A stretch of 63,659 bases of DNA, the filler included, from Octopus bimaculoides (Eukaryota): NCBI RefSeq assembly GCF_001194135.2. It is 7 parts of 7 records of this genome, joined end to end, with 100 filler letters (N's around TTAATTAATTAA, not from the genome) between each part and the next. Parts side by side here need not be neighbours in the genome. Positions count along the whole stretch, not along the records: positions 1 to 13,032 come from NC_068984.1; 6 more parts are not named here. The stretch is one strand, 5' to 3'. The notes under the pieces were generated by a model that did no database searches, was not told the DNA's origin, and was given only the letters and a program-made list of their open reading frames with translations. Position numbers and translations under genes: made by a program. Of the stretch, positions 1 to 12,584 are shown piece after piece (the first letter of the stretch is position 1; each line of letters begins with the position of its first letter).

Positions 1-36
<36 letters not shown>
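1..36. repeat. (TA)n microsatellite (one of dozens of TA, CA, GA, TATG and GATA tracts across the window)
   Basis: Perfect dinucleotide run; similar tracts occur throughout. Confidence 0.98.
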
Positions 37-39
<3 letters not shown>

Positions 40-420
40 ACATGTATACACATAGACACAGCTACATAGATATACACTACATATATACGTATTCGTATGC
101 ATTAATGTTTCTATGTGTGTATGTATGTGTACGTATGTATGTATGTATGTATGTATGTATGCAGGTATGTGCAGTGGAGAGTGTGTTGCAGAGGCGAATT
201 AAGGTCAACCGATGCCCTAACCAAAGCCAAACAATGGTACATCTTTGTCAACCCTTCTATTGTTTATCTGACAATATATTTACATACAATAAGTACTGAT
301 TATGAAACAATAGAGAACAAATCCCTTTTCATCCAGACAATCCTTAAGTCAGGCCTTTCATCCATATTAAATATAACCAGCTTTTAAACTTTTTTATTTG
401 TATACTGCTAAATACAGTAA

Positions 421-794
421 GTCACTAACTGTGGCTGGGGGTGCCGGATTACCTATATTGCAAGAAATAAGAGTTAAAAACTCTTAATGCTGTAATATAT
501 AAATTTTTGATATACGCATTAGCATTTCGCTAAATCAGCCATAAATATCTACAGTAAAAATATATTTACTGACAGCCGGATTTAGCCAAACCATCGAGTA
601 TTTGAGCAGTCACTACTAAAGAGACTACGACTGATAGGAGAAACTAGTCTAGTCTAGTGATCCTAGAGACGCTCATGGGGCGGATGTCTCTCCTGTCAGT
701 GTATATATAGTGCGCGCTTCTTACAGCATTAAGAGTTTTTAACTCTCTGGACTTGCAATATAGGTGCTTCGGCACCCCCAGTGCCATTAGTGAC
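421..794. mobile_element. MITE-like element with ~75-bp inverted arms
   Basis: 421-495 (gtcactaa..ctgggggtgccg..cctatattgcaag..gagttaaaaactcttaatgctgtaa) is the reverse complement of 721-794 with few differences; interior non-coding. Confidence 0.7.
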
Positions 795-918
795 GATAAC
801 ATTTTTCCTTCATGGTATTTTTCCTTCATGGTATATCGCGCCTAATTATATGTATGTGCGTGTGTGATTGTGTGTGTGTGTGTGTGTGTATGTGTGTGTA
901 TGTATGTATGCATCTTTG

Positions 919-2142
919 TATTCGGTTGTTTGCTTCCAGTATTATTTGAATTAATACGAACAATATTTTATCGCAGCGTTTTATTGCTTGTGTAACTATT
1001 CTTCCTCCAAAACTTTTGTTTATTGTTTTTGAAATTTGAATATATTTTATTTCTTTATGATGAGGAAGTGCCAATTAGAAAATAATGAACATTTTCGAAA
1101 CCTGCTTCTCTTCGCTGTTAATCGAGACTCCAAAGCTGCCCGGGATATTTGTTCTATATATGGTGAAATCATTATTACTGAATGAATTGCACAGAAATGG
1201 CTTTTATGTTTCAATGAGAAAAAATTCTATTTCATAGACCTTCCGCTTCCAGCCAACCGGTTCAGTTAAATTTCGGATCGATTGAACGAGCTCGTCCACG
1301 AAGATCTGCGCCAATCTACAAAGAATTGGCCCAGCAGATGGAATGTTCTCATGATACGATCGTCCGGCACCGTCACTCGATGGACTCTGTGCTTAGATTC
1401 CACATGCTCTGTACGAAAGAGCCCCTCTATCGCCGCCAGTTTGTTTGCTCAACATCAGGCTACTCGTGGACATACGCAGAGATTGCTTTACCGCATCGTC
1501 ACCGGCGATAAAAAATGGTGTCTCTACGCTAATATGAAGCAGACGAAAAAATGGCCGAGTCCCGACAAGCAAGCCACACTTCGAGCCTAGCCAGAGTTGC
1601 ATCCACTCAATGGCTTTGGTGGAATTGAGAATGGCTAATCCCCTACGATGCTCGAAAACAATCACACACACAATGCTGCGCTTTACGTTCGTCAAATGCA
1701 CCGGTTTAACGAGACAATGAAACTGAAACAACTCTACTGGAGATACGGCGTGCTTCTTCAATACGACAACTCTCGCCTCCACATTGCTAATTTGAACAAA
1801 GATCTTATCCAAGAGTTCAATTGTAAAGTTCTACCGCATCCACCGTATTTTCCTTATTCTAGCGCCTTCAGATTATTACCTTTCTTTAACCATTCTCCAA
1901 CAGTCTGCGAAACGTTTCGTTCAACAACAAAGGTGGAGATGGAAACGTGACTCGATAAATTATTCGAGTCCAGACCGGTGATATCTACCACCAAGGTTTG
2001 CCAATGCCTGTGGAACGTTGGCAAGAAGTCGGGAACAATGAAAGAGAATATATTATTGATCGATTTATTAAAATTGTTGATGAAAAATAGGGATTAAAAT
2101 AAATTTTTAAAAAACAAAACAAATCTATCTGACTACCCAATA
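919..2142 (+). mobile_element. Decayed mariner DNA transposon (transposase pseudogene)
   Basis: Broken frames give RIVTGDKKWCLY, LLQYDNSRLH and VLPHPPYFP (mariner TGDEKW, HDNARPH, HPPYSPD motifs). Right end ..ctgactacccaata; degenerate left end tattcggttg at 919; ~1.2 kb. Confidence 0.92.
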
Positions 2143-2172
2143 CACACACATTAAATTATATTATTTATATTG

Positions 2173-2382
2173 GCTTCAAGTTTTGACAGAAAGCCAATAA
2201 TTTTAGGGGAGGAGTAAGCCGGTTATATCAAACCCAATATTCAACTGATACTTACATTATCGATCCCGAAGGGATAAAAGCAAACTTGACCTCGGTGAAG
2301 CTTGACCTCAGAACGTGAAGACGATGAAGTGCTGCTAAGCACTTTGGCTGGCGTGCTAACGGTTCTGCCAGCACACCGCCTT
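2173..2382 (-). mobile_element. tRNA-derived SINE, family B, full length
   Basis: Matches other family B copies; perfect 19-bp target-site duplication aattatattatttatattg at 2154-2172 and 2383-2401. Confidence 0.9.
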
Positions 2383-2582
2383 AATTATATTATTTATATT
2401 GATTAAGTAAAAATTCAGAAACAAAATATAATTATCGAATGCCTCAATGAATGTATGTCAAATTTTATGAATAGTAGCAATCTAAAATAGATTTCTTGGA
2501 CGATACCCAGAAATACGCTACCTCGTCTCGGTACCCTATGGTAGGTTCCTCATACATTCACGCTGTTCCTGCTTGACAAGAA

Positions 2583-2634
2583 GAAACTAAACACTTTGCA
2601 GAAACTAAACACTTTGCAGAAACTAAACACTTGC
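2583..2634. repeat. 18-bp tandem repeat, ~2.9 copies
   Basis: gaaactaaacactttgca repeated head to tail. Confidence 0.9.
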
Positions 2635-2873
2635 TTTAAAGCTAAATCAAAGTTTATTTAACCTGTTATGACTCAAAATATATTCAGAACTCTTATCTTT
2701 TGAATATGTCAACAGATCTTTCGAAGCTGTTAATAGAATAACTCTCCACTTACGGTAGGCCGAAGACGAATTTTTTAATTTTCATTGGAATGTTGAGTGA
2801 TTGTACCGTGACTCAGACTGCCTACGCTTGACAACTATCCCACACCAATTCTTTTTTTCATATTCTTTTATAA

Positions 2874-3659
2874 CAGTGGTTCTCGACCATTTATTTTTAC
2901 CAATGGACCCCTTTGATTCCTATTTTATTCAGGTGGACCCCCATAACCATTCCATGGTGTGACTGTGAGAAGCCTGCTTCCCAACCACATGGTTCCGGGT
3001 TCAGTCTTACCATGTAACAACTTGAGTGTCTTCTACTATAGCCTCGGGCCGACTAAAGATTTTTGAGTAGATCTGGTTGACAGAAACTGAAAGGAGCCTG
3101 TCGTTAATATATCTGTGTGTGTGTGTGTGTGTGTGTGTCCTCATCACCGCTTGACAACCGGTGCTGGTGTGTTTACGTCCCCCTAACTTAACGGTTCCGC
3201 AAAACAGACCCTGTATGATAAATGCCAGGCTTAACAATAAATAAATAAATAAATGAATAAATAAAATAAGTCCTGGAGTGAATTTATTCGACTAAAGATT
3301 CTTCAAGGCGGTGTCCCAGCATGACCGCAGTCGAATGACTGAAACAAGTGAAAAATAAAAGAGATTTTTATAATTTGATATTATTAGGAATTGTATGAAA
3401 AAATTTTGTTAAAGTATTTTGTGTATTGTTGAAGCATAACCAATTTACCGCGCATAAATTTTAACTGCAAAATCTTATATGGACACCCAAGGGTCCTATT
3501 ACTTATTTTACAAATCAATATTAAAAATTGCATTTAAAAAAAATTGCTAAAATATTTTGTCTGTTGTAGAAGTACAACCAATTTATTGCAGATAAATTTT
3601 CACAACAAGATCTGATATTGACCTCCAAGGGTCATATGAACCTCGTTTGAGAATCACTG
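2874..3659. mobile_element. hAT-type MITE interrupted by a family A SINE
   Basis: Termini cagtggttctcgacc and gtttgagaatcactg (CAGTGGTTCTCAA-type hAT TIR); a second copy of the left part lies at 32195. No conserved 8-bp TSD seen. Confidence 0.75.
2957..3364 (+). mobile_element. tRNA-derived SINE, family A
   Basis: Head gcttcccaaccacatggttccgggttcagtc; body ttctactatagcctcgggccgac..gaaactgaaag; internal (TG)n; tail ggcggtg..cagcatg..gactgaaacaag. Confidence 0.92.
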
Positions 3660-3799
3660 CTCTGCGCGGTCGATTGAACTGCTATTCGTAGCTGCCAAAT
3701 TCTCCAGAAATGATAACCTTCTGTCTTATAAAAAGGCGGAAGTTCACCATCTAAACATTGTAAATAGGTAGCCTATTATATAAATGCATGCATGAAGAT

Positions 3800-3990
3800 G
3801 GGTTCTCCGTCGGTTTCAATGATGAGTTTTTTTGGTTCTTCGATCAACATAACTATTTACTCCTTAAATTAATACGTTAGCGGCTGAGTATTCCACAGGC
3901 GCTATATTCCTCTCATAATTCCCAGGTAAAATCGGATCATGATACGTTGTAATAAGACTGAGATGAACGTCTGAATTACAGGAGCAACTT
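3800..3990 (-). mobile_element. Old, diverged family C-like SINE 3' half
   Basis: Patchy similarity to the family C body and tail (ggctgagtattccacag, tgaattacagg). Confidence 0.45.
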
Positions 3991-3994
3991 TCAA

Positions 3995-4125
3995 AGCAGT
4001 TTCTATCTGCCCTGTTCGTATTCGTTGGGTTTGGATCGGTCCGAAGCTATAGTAAAAAAAAAACCTCTCTCAAGATGTTACTCAATGGAATCGAACCCCT
4101 TAACCACTAGACTACTCCTGCACCT
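3995..4125 (-). mobile_element. Diverged family A SINE head
   Basis: Reverse complement reads aggtgcaggagtagtctagtggttaagggttcgattcc..actatagcttcggaccga. Confidence 0.55.
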
Positions 4126-4198
4126 AAATAAAATCCATATAAAACGATCTGCCCAAAACAATCTGCAAGACTATTATGTTGTCAAGGACTTCAAATAG

Positions 4199-4587
4199 TT
4201 GTGGTTGTTGGCACTCCGTCGCTTACGACGTCGAGGGTTCCAGTTGATCCCATCAACGGAACAACCTGCTCGTGAAATTAACGTGCAAGTGGCTGAGCAC
4301 TCCACAGAAACGTGCACCCTTAACGTAGTTCTCGGGGATATTCAGCGTGACACAGTGTGACAAGGCTGACCCTTTGAATTACAGGCACAACAGAAACAGG
4401 AAGTAAGAGTGAGAGAAAGTTGTGGTGGAAGAGTACAGCAGGGTTCGCCACCATCCCCTGCCGGAGCCTCGTGGAGCTTTAGGTGTTTTCGCTCAATAAA
4501 CACTCACAACGCCCGGTCTGGGAATCGAAACCGCAATCCTATGACTGCGAGTCCGCTGCCATAACCACTAGGCCACTGTGCCTCCAC
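4199..4587 (-). mobile_element. tRNA-derived SINE, family C, full length with (CAA)n tail
   Basis: tRNA-like A/B boxes (tggcctagtggttatggc..ggtttcgattccc), (CAA) tail, 11-bp TSD acttcaaaYag at 4188-4198 and 4588-4598. Confidence 0.93.
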
Positions 4588-5258
4588 ACTTCAAACAGAG
4601 AAGAGTTATAATTACATAGTGGGAGAATATTGAGAAAGTTTATAAGCTATTTTAAAGCAGAACGAAGAAAATATTTTTCTAATCTCTGCTGTAATTGTAA
4701 TGTTTCAGACCAGTCTATATGTAATAGCCACTTTCCTAGCAACGAATTTGGGAGCGTATTCAACAATGACGCAAGTACTCCACTCACACTCCACAAAACC
4801 ACTCATTCAATGCCGGCTATTTGTCACCAAGCACATAAAAATTTCTTGTTTAACGACATGAACTAGAGAGAGTGAGTGAATTATTGAGGGAGGGAGGAGA
4901 GAGGGAGGGAGGAGANNNNNNNNNNGGAGTACAGATAGGGTGGCAATATTTATATCCGTCTCTTGCAATGACTAACAGTTAATCCTAGACATCAATTAAT
5001 TAATCCATGATACACAATGACAAACAAACTGACTTTGAATGTATCCGATTTTTACTGCAAGAAAAGCTTGGAATTATAGGCTTACCAGTCATGATTTATG
5101 CTGTCTAAGCCAACGCGACGAGGCGATCGGTCCCGATAGTATCACTTCCATCACCCTCTTACATTAACTGCTATCTTTGCCAAAGTTTATAATCTCTCTC
5201 TCTCTGTTCTTCCCTTTCCCTCCCTCTCTCTCTCTCTTTGTGCTTCCCTCCCCCCCTC

Positions 5259-5295
<37 letters not shown>

Positions 5296-5344
5296 TTAAG
5301 AATCAGTCCTAGTATTTGAGACGATGTTACTAGGTGTTTCCCTA

Positions 5345-5560
5345 CCACAAAAGAGGAACCTCTCTAACGCTATCAGCTATCGTTCTCATTTCCAGTGTCT
5401 CAAAGTTAATAAACACATTTATTAGGAATCATCTCTTTCATAACCTCGAAATTATATGTGCAATGCTGGTTTCTCCGAGTCTCATATTCTCAGGTCTGAT
5501 GTCCTCCAAATTTCAGTTGTAGTTCCTCACACTTCCTTCTGTACATTAATGACTTACAGT
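5345..5560 (+). pseudogene. Decayed CR1/L2-type RT fragment
   Basis: SAIVLISSVSKLINTFIRNHL and FLLYINDL resemble the RPIALTS..SK and FLLYINDL RT motifs, with an internal deletion. Confidence 0.6.
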
Positions 5561-6064
5561 CGCTTCTAGCAAAGTACATCCCCTCCTTATTAACCTTACG
5601 TACATAAGTGTAATCCACACTGTAGAAACACCTGACTTCAAAGGCCTGAAATGCGACTTTCAGTGGTAAATCGAAATCTTAGTTGCTTTCAAGAACATAA
5701 AAACACAAACATCTCGTATACCAATGAAATCATATTGCACCTTTCCCTCTTTAATCATGAACCTTGCACTACTAAAACTCACAAAGTCGTTCCATGCATT
5801 ACAGCTCCCGAGTTTCCTTTGTGACGACCCCCCATTACCGAAGAAAAAACAAAGTCACTGATCTAGAAAGATCAAGCAAGTCCCACATTGGAGTCCTGTT
5901 CATATGGTATGTGCTGCTACTACACACAAATACATATCACGTACGATATTAAAAGCAAGCCGTCTGATTCATCAGTAACCAAAACACGACAACCCCTAAC
6001 TCACAGACGGATTTTGTTGTTTTTGAGTCTCGCCATCTTATCTATATTGGTATCAAATTTTAGA

Positions 6065-6225
6065 ACATGACCAGCAATTTTAAGGAAGGGCTAATTCGAT
6101 TACATCGTCCCCCAATGCTTATATAGTTTGTCGACTCCGAAAGGATGAAAGGAAAAATCGTCCTCGGAATTCGAACTCAGAAAAGCATTTTGATCGGCAG
6201 GTTAACGATTCTCCCAGCTCTCCAC
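6065..6225 (-). mobile_element. Family B SINE, diverged
   Basis: Contains ccgaaaggatgaaagg..tcctcgg..gaactcagaa (reverse complement of the family B core). Confidence 0.75.
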
Positions 6226-6264
6226 TTTAGTCTGCTTATCTATATTAGCAAATATATACTCTCT

Positions 6265-6415
6265 CTCCTCGCGGGCCTACATGATCAACACGTATTTCAT
6301 CCAGTAGAGGACTTTGCCGAATCTCACCTTTCAGATTCCGACTTGAACATTTCCCCGCAGTCCCACGCACACTCCTAGAACTGTAACCCTCTGGAATTCT
6401 ATCTCACCTGCATTT
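6265..6415 (+). pseudogene. LINE ORF2 C-terminal fragment
   Basis: cctagaactgtaaccctctggaattct = PRTVTLWNS, the (SFF)PRT..LWN motif near LINE ORF2 ends. Confidence 0.5.
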
Positions 6416-6444
6416 CTAATGTTGATGGTTGTTTTTGTTCGGAA

Positions 6445-6590
6445 TAAGAAGCAGTCGATTAAATCGATTCCAGTATATGACTGGGATAGTATTTTCTTTA
6501 ATCCAGAAGAAAGAAAGGCAAATTCGATCTAGGTGAGATTTTAGCTCAAAACGTAAAGAAAAACAAAATACATAACTAAATATCAGTATT
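6445..6590 (-). mobile_element. Family B SINE, strongly diverged
   Basis: gtcgattaaatcga..gaaaggcaaattcgatct..ctcaaaacgtaaag matches the reverse of the family B core. Confidence 0.6.
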
Positions 6591-6809
6591 TTGTCTGATA
6601 CTATCGATTCTTCTATGAAACCAATTCATGGACGGATATCAGAAGACCGATGCAGCCGACATTTTTATTTCTTTACTTATTTATTTTTAATTTTCTAGTT
6701 TCCTAGTTTTTTTTCCCCCACTTTCTTTGAATGTTCAGCATTTTATTTTCCCTTGTTCCTTCTTGAAATGTCTTTTATATCAAGAATTTTCTGGAAGATA
6801 ACAAAAACA

Positions 6810-7500
6810 CATTACACAACACTACACAGTACACGCTACTCATAATACAAATTATACGTTACACTACTCTACGTATTGCACATTACACATTACACTACAA
6901 ATCACTCGTTATACATTACCTATTACATTACTCATTACTCATTACTCATTACTCATTACTCATTACTCATTACTCATTACTCATTANNNNNNNNNNNNNN
7001 NNNNNNNNNNNNNNNNNNNNNNNNNNNNNNNNNNNNNNNNNNNNNNNNNNNNNNNNNNNNNNNNNNNNNNNNNNNNNNNNNNNNNNNNNNNNNNNNNNNN
7101 NNNNNNNNNNNNNNNNNNNNNNNNNNNNNNNNNNNNNNNNNNNNNNNNNNNNNNNNNNNNNNNNNNNNNNNNNNNNNATTACACTACACATTACCCATTA
7201 CACATTACATTAAACATTATACATTATGCATTACTCATTACCCATTACACATTATCCATTACACATTACCCATTACACTACACATTACACATTACTCATT
7301 ACAAATTACCCATTACACTACACTACAGTTTACTCATTACGCATTACATTAGCCATTACAAATTACGCATTACACATTACATTAAACATTAGCCATTACT
7401 CATTACCCATTACGCATTACAGTACACTACACATTACACATGATACTAAATATTACAGATTACAGATTGCCCATTACAGATTACATTATGGATATTATCA
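6810..7500. repeat. Degenerate CATTA-based satellite with a pure (CATTACT)n core, spanning an N gap
   Basis: cattact, cattaca and cattacc units on both sides of gap 6988-7177. Confidence 0.9.
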
Positions 7501-7597
7501 ATTTTGAACGAAGTCTAATTTAATATCAATACTTGTGTGAAATTTTTTTGCCACTGTTTCATTTTAATTTATTTTTCATCTACTTATTCAGTTATAT

Positions 7598-7765
7598 ACA
7601 AGGCAGTACTGAAAATTTCCTGGCTTTGAGTAAAAGAAATTACAGGAAGTTCAGTTAATTATGATTTTATTCAACGTATTCCCCTCTCAGATTCACACAC
7701 TTGTGGCAGCAGTTCTTCAGTTTTTCTAAGCCGTGTAAAAGAACACGGAATGTTGGCCCCCATAC
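7598..7765 (-). mobile_element. Mariner-type terminal fragment
   Basis: tacaaggcagtactgaaaatttcctggctttg resembles a mariner TIR, followed by the reverse strand of a transposase 3' end. Confidence 0.55.
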
Positions 7766-7789
7766 ATACTACTAAATTACACGCCATTT

Positions 7790-10730
7790 CGTGTGGAAAA
7801 TCCTCACAAAGACCTATCTCAATAACCTCCACTTGTAAGTGGAAGTGAGAGTGAATAATTTTACAGCCATCCGTGCAGATCGTGTCGGAGAAGAATGGGT
7901 GGGACCGCCATTTTCGTGCACAATTCATTTTCGGCTGAATCAATGAACGTATTTACCAACGGCTACTCTGAAGCAGCTTCTGCGTTTAGTAAAACCAACA
8001 ATTTAATAGCAGTTGGGCTCTATAGGCCACCTCTAACTCCTTTTCTACGCTTCAAGGAATGCCTCAACAGTATTAAGTGTTTCATCCATCAGTATCATGC
8101 TGACAACATATTAATGATGGGGAGGACTTCAACCTTTCCAGTGTTGATTGGTCCACAAATAGCTTGAAACCAGGTTTTCCGCCTCAACCCTTGATAACGA
8201 AGCAATCGAATTGATTTTTGATTTCATGGATGAGTTATTCCTGACCCAACTTGTTCGTGAACTAACAAGGTGTCACAAAAACACCTTGGACCTAGTCTTC
8301 AGTAACCACACTGACACTATCTTCAATATTGCAGTGGAAAAACACCACTACTCTCAGACCATGACATGGTTCTCTGTGATCTGAGATTCTACCACCTAAA
8401 GATTAAATCCAGTGACATCTCTCCAGTCCATCCATCCATTTGACACTGTGGATCTTTATAACGCAGACTGGGATGCGATCAATCATGATCTTTCTTTCAC
8501 AAGCTGATTGGGCCTTCACGCACGCACACACCCTCTCCAACATAAACACACCATGGCAGACACTTGTAGATACTGTGACAAATATATACGCAAAACATAC
8601 TCCATTAAGATCAGTATACAAATCTAAGTGCAGAATCCCTAGAAATAGAAGAGCAATTATAAGAAAAATAAAAAGAATTAACAAGAAAATCAACCAACTT
8701 AAATACTGCCAGCAGCAACGCATCCATTCGATTGCCATTGCATTACTCGAATCGAAAAAACACGATCTCCAAAAAAGCATGATGACCATCATTAACAGTC
8801 AAAGAGCAGCCGAGGAGAGTTGGGCCATTGAGAAAATAAAGTTCAACCCCAAAATGTTCTTTACATTTGCAAAAAAAACAAAAAAAAACATAGACGCTGT
8901 TTCCACTTTTGGTCCTCTAGTTAACGAGAACAACACTCTATATGATGATGCAAAATCCATTTGCGAGATACTGCAGAGACAATACTGCTCTGTCTTCAGT
9001 AACCCTAATGCGGTTGATCTGGCTAGTATCAGCGACGTAAGCCCTCAACTAACCATATCTGATATAACTTTTGGTGATCCTGGTAACCTAAGAGAAACAG
9101 ATAAGATCAAGAACAACTCGGCAGTAGGTTCCGATAAGTTCCCGGCCACTGTCCTGAAGATGTGTCGACATCAAATTGCATTCCCTCTAGATGAACTCTG
9201 GAGAAACTCACTTGATACAGACTACATTCCTGATCATTTTCTTTCCCAGTCTGTCGTTCAAGTCTTAAAATAGGGAAACGAATTTCTTGCAGTGAACTAC
9301 CGTCCGATTTCACTCACTTCTCATATCATTAAAGTATTTGAGAGAGTGGTGAGATCGCGAATAACTCACTTCTTTGAAGACAACAATCTGCTGAACCCCA
9401 ACCAGCATGGTTTACATGATGGCAGGGACTGCCTGTCGCAGCTTCTGCACCATTTTGATGACATCTTAAAAGCGTTGGGAGAGGGCTCCAACACTGACGT
9501 TATATACCTTGATTTCAGCAAGGCATTTCACTGAGTAGATCACAAAATCCTGCTGAAGAAATTGTCCAACATTGGAGTCCGTGGAAAGCTGCCGCAGTGG
9601 ATAAAGTGTTTCCTGACAAACAGAACCCAACATGCTGTGTTTGAGGGAATACGATCCAGCTCAGCCAAAGTCAGTAGTGGTGTCCCACAAGGTACTGTGT
9701 TGGGCCCATTCCTCTTCATTATTTACATCAACAACATAGTAGATGTGATCAAACATTCTACATTGAAAATATTTGCAGATGATTCCAAACTCCAGAAAGT
9801 GACAAATGGCATGAGAGACCGAGCATGCCTTCAGTAAGATCTGTTTGCTATTGTCCAATGGGCGGAAAAAAGCAATATGCTTTTAAATGAAGATAAGCTT
9901 GATTTGATCCACTTTGGGAGAGAGGAAACTCTGAAACTACCATATGTTCTTCCATCGGGTGACTCCCTAATGTCATCTAACAACACCAAAGATCTTGGAG
10001 CAATTGTTGATAACAATCTAAGCTGGAGTTCCTACGTAAATAGCAAGGTTGACTTGGCCCGCAAGATGTGCTCCTTGATTCTGAGAACTTTCCGGTCTAG
10101 AGATGCTTACACCATCATCCTTCTCTACTCTACGTTTGCCCGACCCCACCTTGAGTACTGATGCCCACTGTGGTCCCCCTATACGAAGCAACTCATTATG
10201 AAAGTAGAAGCACTCCAGGGGTCTATAACAAGAAAGATAGACGGTATGAGAGTCATTGATTATTGGGGTCGACTAAAAAAACTCAATCTCTACTCTCTCC
10301 AACGCTGCCGGAAGCGCTACATCATTTGTGCTATGTGGGAAATATTCCATCAATATGGCACAAATGATGTGGGCATCAATTTTAAAATCCACCCAAGACT
10401 TCGCCCCCATGCTATCCGCCCACTACAAAAATCGAACTCGGTACACATAGCAACATTACGTCGCAATTGCTTTACCTCAACCGGTCCAGCTCTCTTTAAT
10501 ACCATGCCAAAATACATCAAAACAGAAACGGATCCCATAAAATTCAAATGTTCACTGGACAAATTTCTTCAAAAAGTCCCGGACCAACCTCCTACACCCG
10601 GATATGTCTCCAACAATAATAACTCTTTGTTAGAGTTGGCTATGGTGCCCCATATATGACAAAAAGACTTCACCTGGTGGTGCTATTGAGTTAGACATGG
10701 CCTATACTGGCCGAACCTATCAAAGTTATT
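7790..10730 (+). mobile_element. 5'-truncated decayed CR1/L2-group LINE (APE endonuclease + RT)
   Basis: Fragmented ORFs give DR..GGTAIFV and LDLVFSN (APE); NYRPISLTSHIIKVFE, YLDFSKAF, SGVPQGTVLGPFLF and FADDSK (RT); RPHLEY and FLQKVPDQP; then a short 3' UTR. Many stops and frameshifts. Confidence 0.96.
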
Positions 10731-11427
10731 TCTAAAATGTTGTAGCGAGGCTCCTGCTGAATTTCGAACCCCTGTGCAGGTTCCCGAGTTAAAGACCACG
10801 GTTTACCATACTGCCATAAAAGGCAAAGCCAACCATGAAAGATTAACAGCGTCGTCATAAAAGGTACTAACGCCTACGCGAACGTTTCGTGTAATCAAAT
10901 CGGCTGATGTGTAAACAAGTGAGCTGAAATCTTCCCGACAAATAGTCTGGTCCAACATCATAGAAAATTTTCATTAGGTTATAAAAAAACTGGTGAGGCT
11001 TTTTTTATAACCAGGCAAAGCCATCCAGAAGCCTACACGGAGATATATCACACTTCTCCGTAAGATAGTCACTCACCCACTTCTTTTAACATACTTGATT
11101 CACTTTTAACAAAAGGTACAGATTTTAGGTTACAATGATGAAACGTGCACCCATTACTCACATGCTGTAGCTATCATACTTTTTACTTATTCCACCTGCA
11201 ATAACTATGAACTAATTTCATATAATTATCTAACTCATTGTGTTACATAAGACTGAACTATTTCATTCGTCATCTCATAACTGTTGTTCCATTAAACTAA
11301 ATATTTGTACACTTGTTAATGCAAGCGTGCTGCATTGATAAAAACATATATGAAAACTCTAATGAATATTAGTATGGTCATTATGAAGCAACACGTAACC
11401 ATCCAAAAGTTGGTATTTGTAAATAAT

Positions 11428-11553
11428 TGTTGTTGTTGTTGGCACTCCGTCGCTTACGACGTCGAGGGTTCCAGTTGATCGGATCAACGGAACAGCCTGC
11501 TAGTGAAATTAACGTGCAAGTAGCTGAGCACTCCACAGACACGTGCACCCTTA
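11428..11553 (-). mobile_element. Family C SINE 3' fragment
   Basis: Near-identical to 4199-4325 including the (CAA)n tail; 5'-truncated. Confidence 0.92.
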
Positions 11554-11841
11554 TTTAATAGCTATATTACCTACAGAAAAATATACTATCCAGAATGGCG
11601 TATCTTTTAGAGTCAAATGCTGCAATTATCTCCACTCCACTCAATTTTTTTCTCCGCCTTCATATATAAACAAAATATGGTTCCTGAAGCTTTCTACATA
11701 TAACATTATTCGTCCAAAATATGGGTTCTGTTTTAATATTAATATCATCGTCTGGACTAATCGGTTGGACACTATGTAAGATCCCAACTATTGGAGTAAA
11801 AGCAGGAATTACAACTGCTAGAAATTACTCCAATAATAGAA

Positions 11842-11872
<31 letters not shown>

Positions 11873-12300
11873 TGTATGTATGTATGTATGTATGTATGTG
11901 AGTACGTACAGTCGTATAGACATATACGTATTGATCTCCTTGATCCTTTGATCATGGATCTACCAACTAATATCATCTCTTACTTGTCACACTCCTTAAT
12001 TCCTCAACGAACTGGTAACTAATAATATCCTGGATTAAGGCTATTCCTTATTTCTCTCTCTCCGATGGAGGAATACTTAGCAGACGTGGAAATCTTTGCT
12101 CAACAATATAAGATCCGCATGCTTAGCTATTCTAGAAACAGCTGTAAGAGACTTTAACCTATTTGCTATAACTACTCGGCATTATGTTTAAATTTAAAAT
12201 TAAATGCTCAAAGTGATACCATATGTTTTGGCTGTCTATTCTGTTTTTAATATATAAACATATACATATGCATATATAAATTCATATTCATATCATATAA

Positions 12301-12353
<53 letters not shown>

Positions 12354-12537
12354 TGTGTGTGTGTGTGTGCGTGCGTGTATTTTCTTTTATNNNNNNNNNN
12401 NNNNNNNNNNNNNCTTTTGCTAATTCTTCCAACCTATCAGACGTGAGTATACTTCGGCACCGCCAATAATGTGATTTTCTCTTTTTTTCCATACCTCTCT
12501 TTCTCTGTTTTTCTGTCTTTCATCGTGTCTCCTCTAC

Positions 12538-12569
<32 letters not shown>

Positions 12570-12584
12570 TTCTCTCTCTATGCC

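Noticed and set aside
795-845. U1 snRNA-like ataccatgaagg on the minus strand
   Set aside because: Only a ~10-nt resemblance within a local 17-bp duplication; no 5' ACTTACC or Sm site.
2583-2634. CRISPR-like array (also the 18-bp repeats at 59481-59527)
   Set aside because: Head-to-tail repeats with no unique spacers, no cas genes and a eukaryotic context.
8440-9273. 277-aa ORF as a host gene
   Set aside because: It is the linker between endonuclease and RT of the decayed LINE at 7790-10730.
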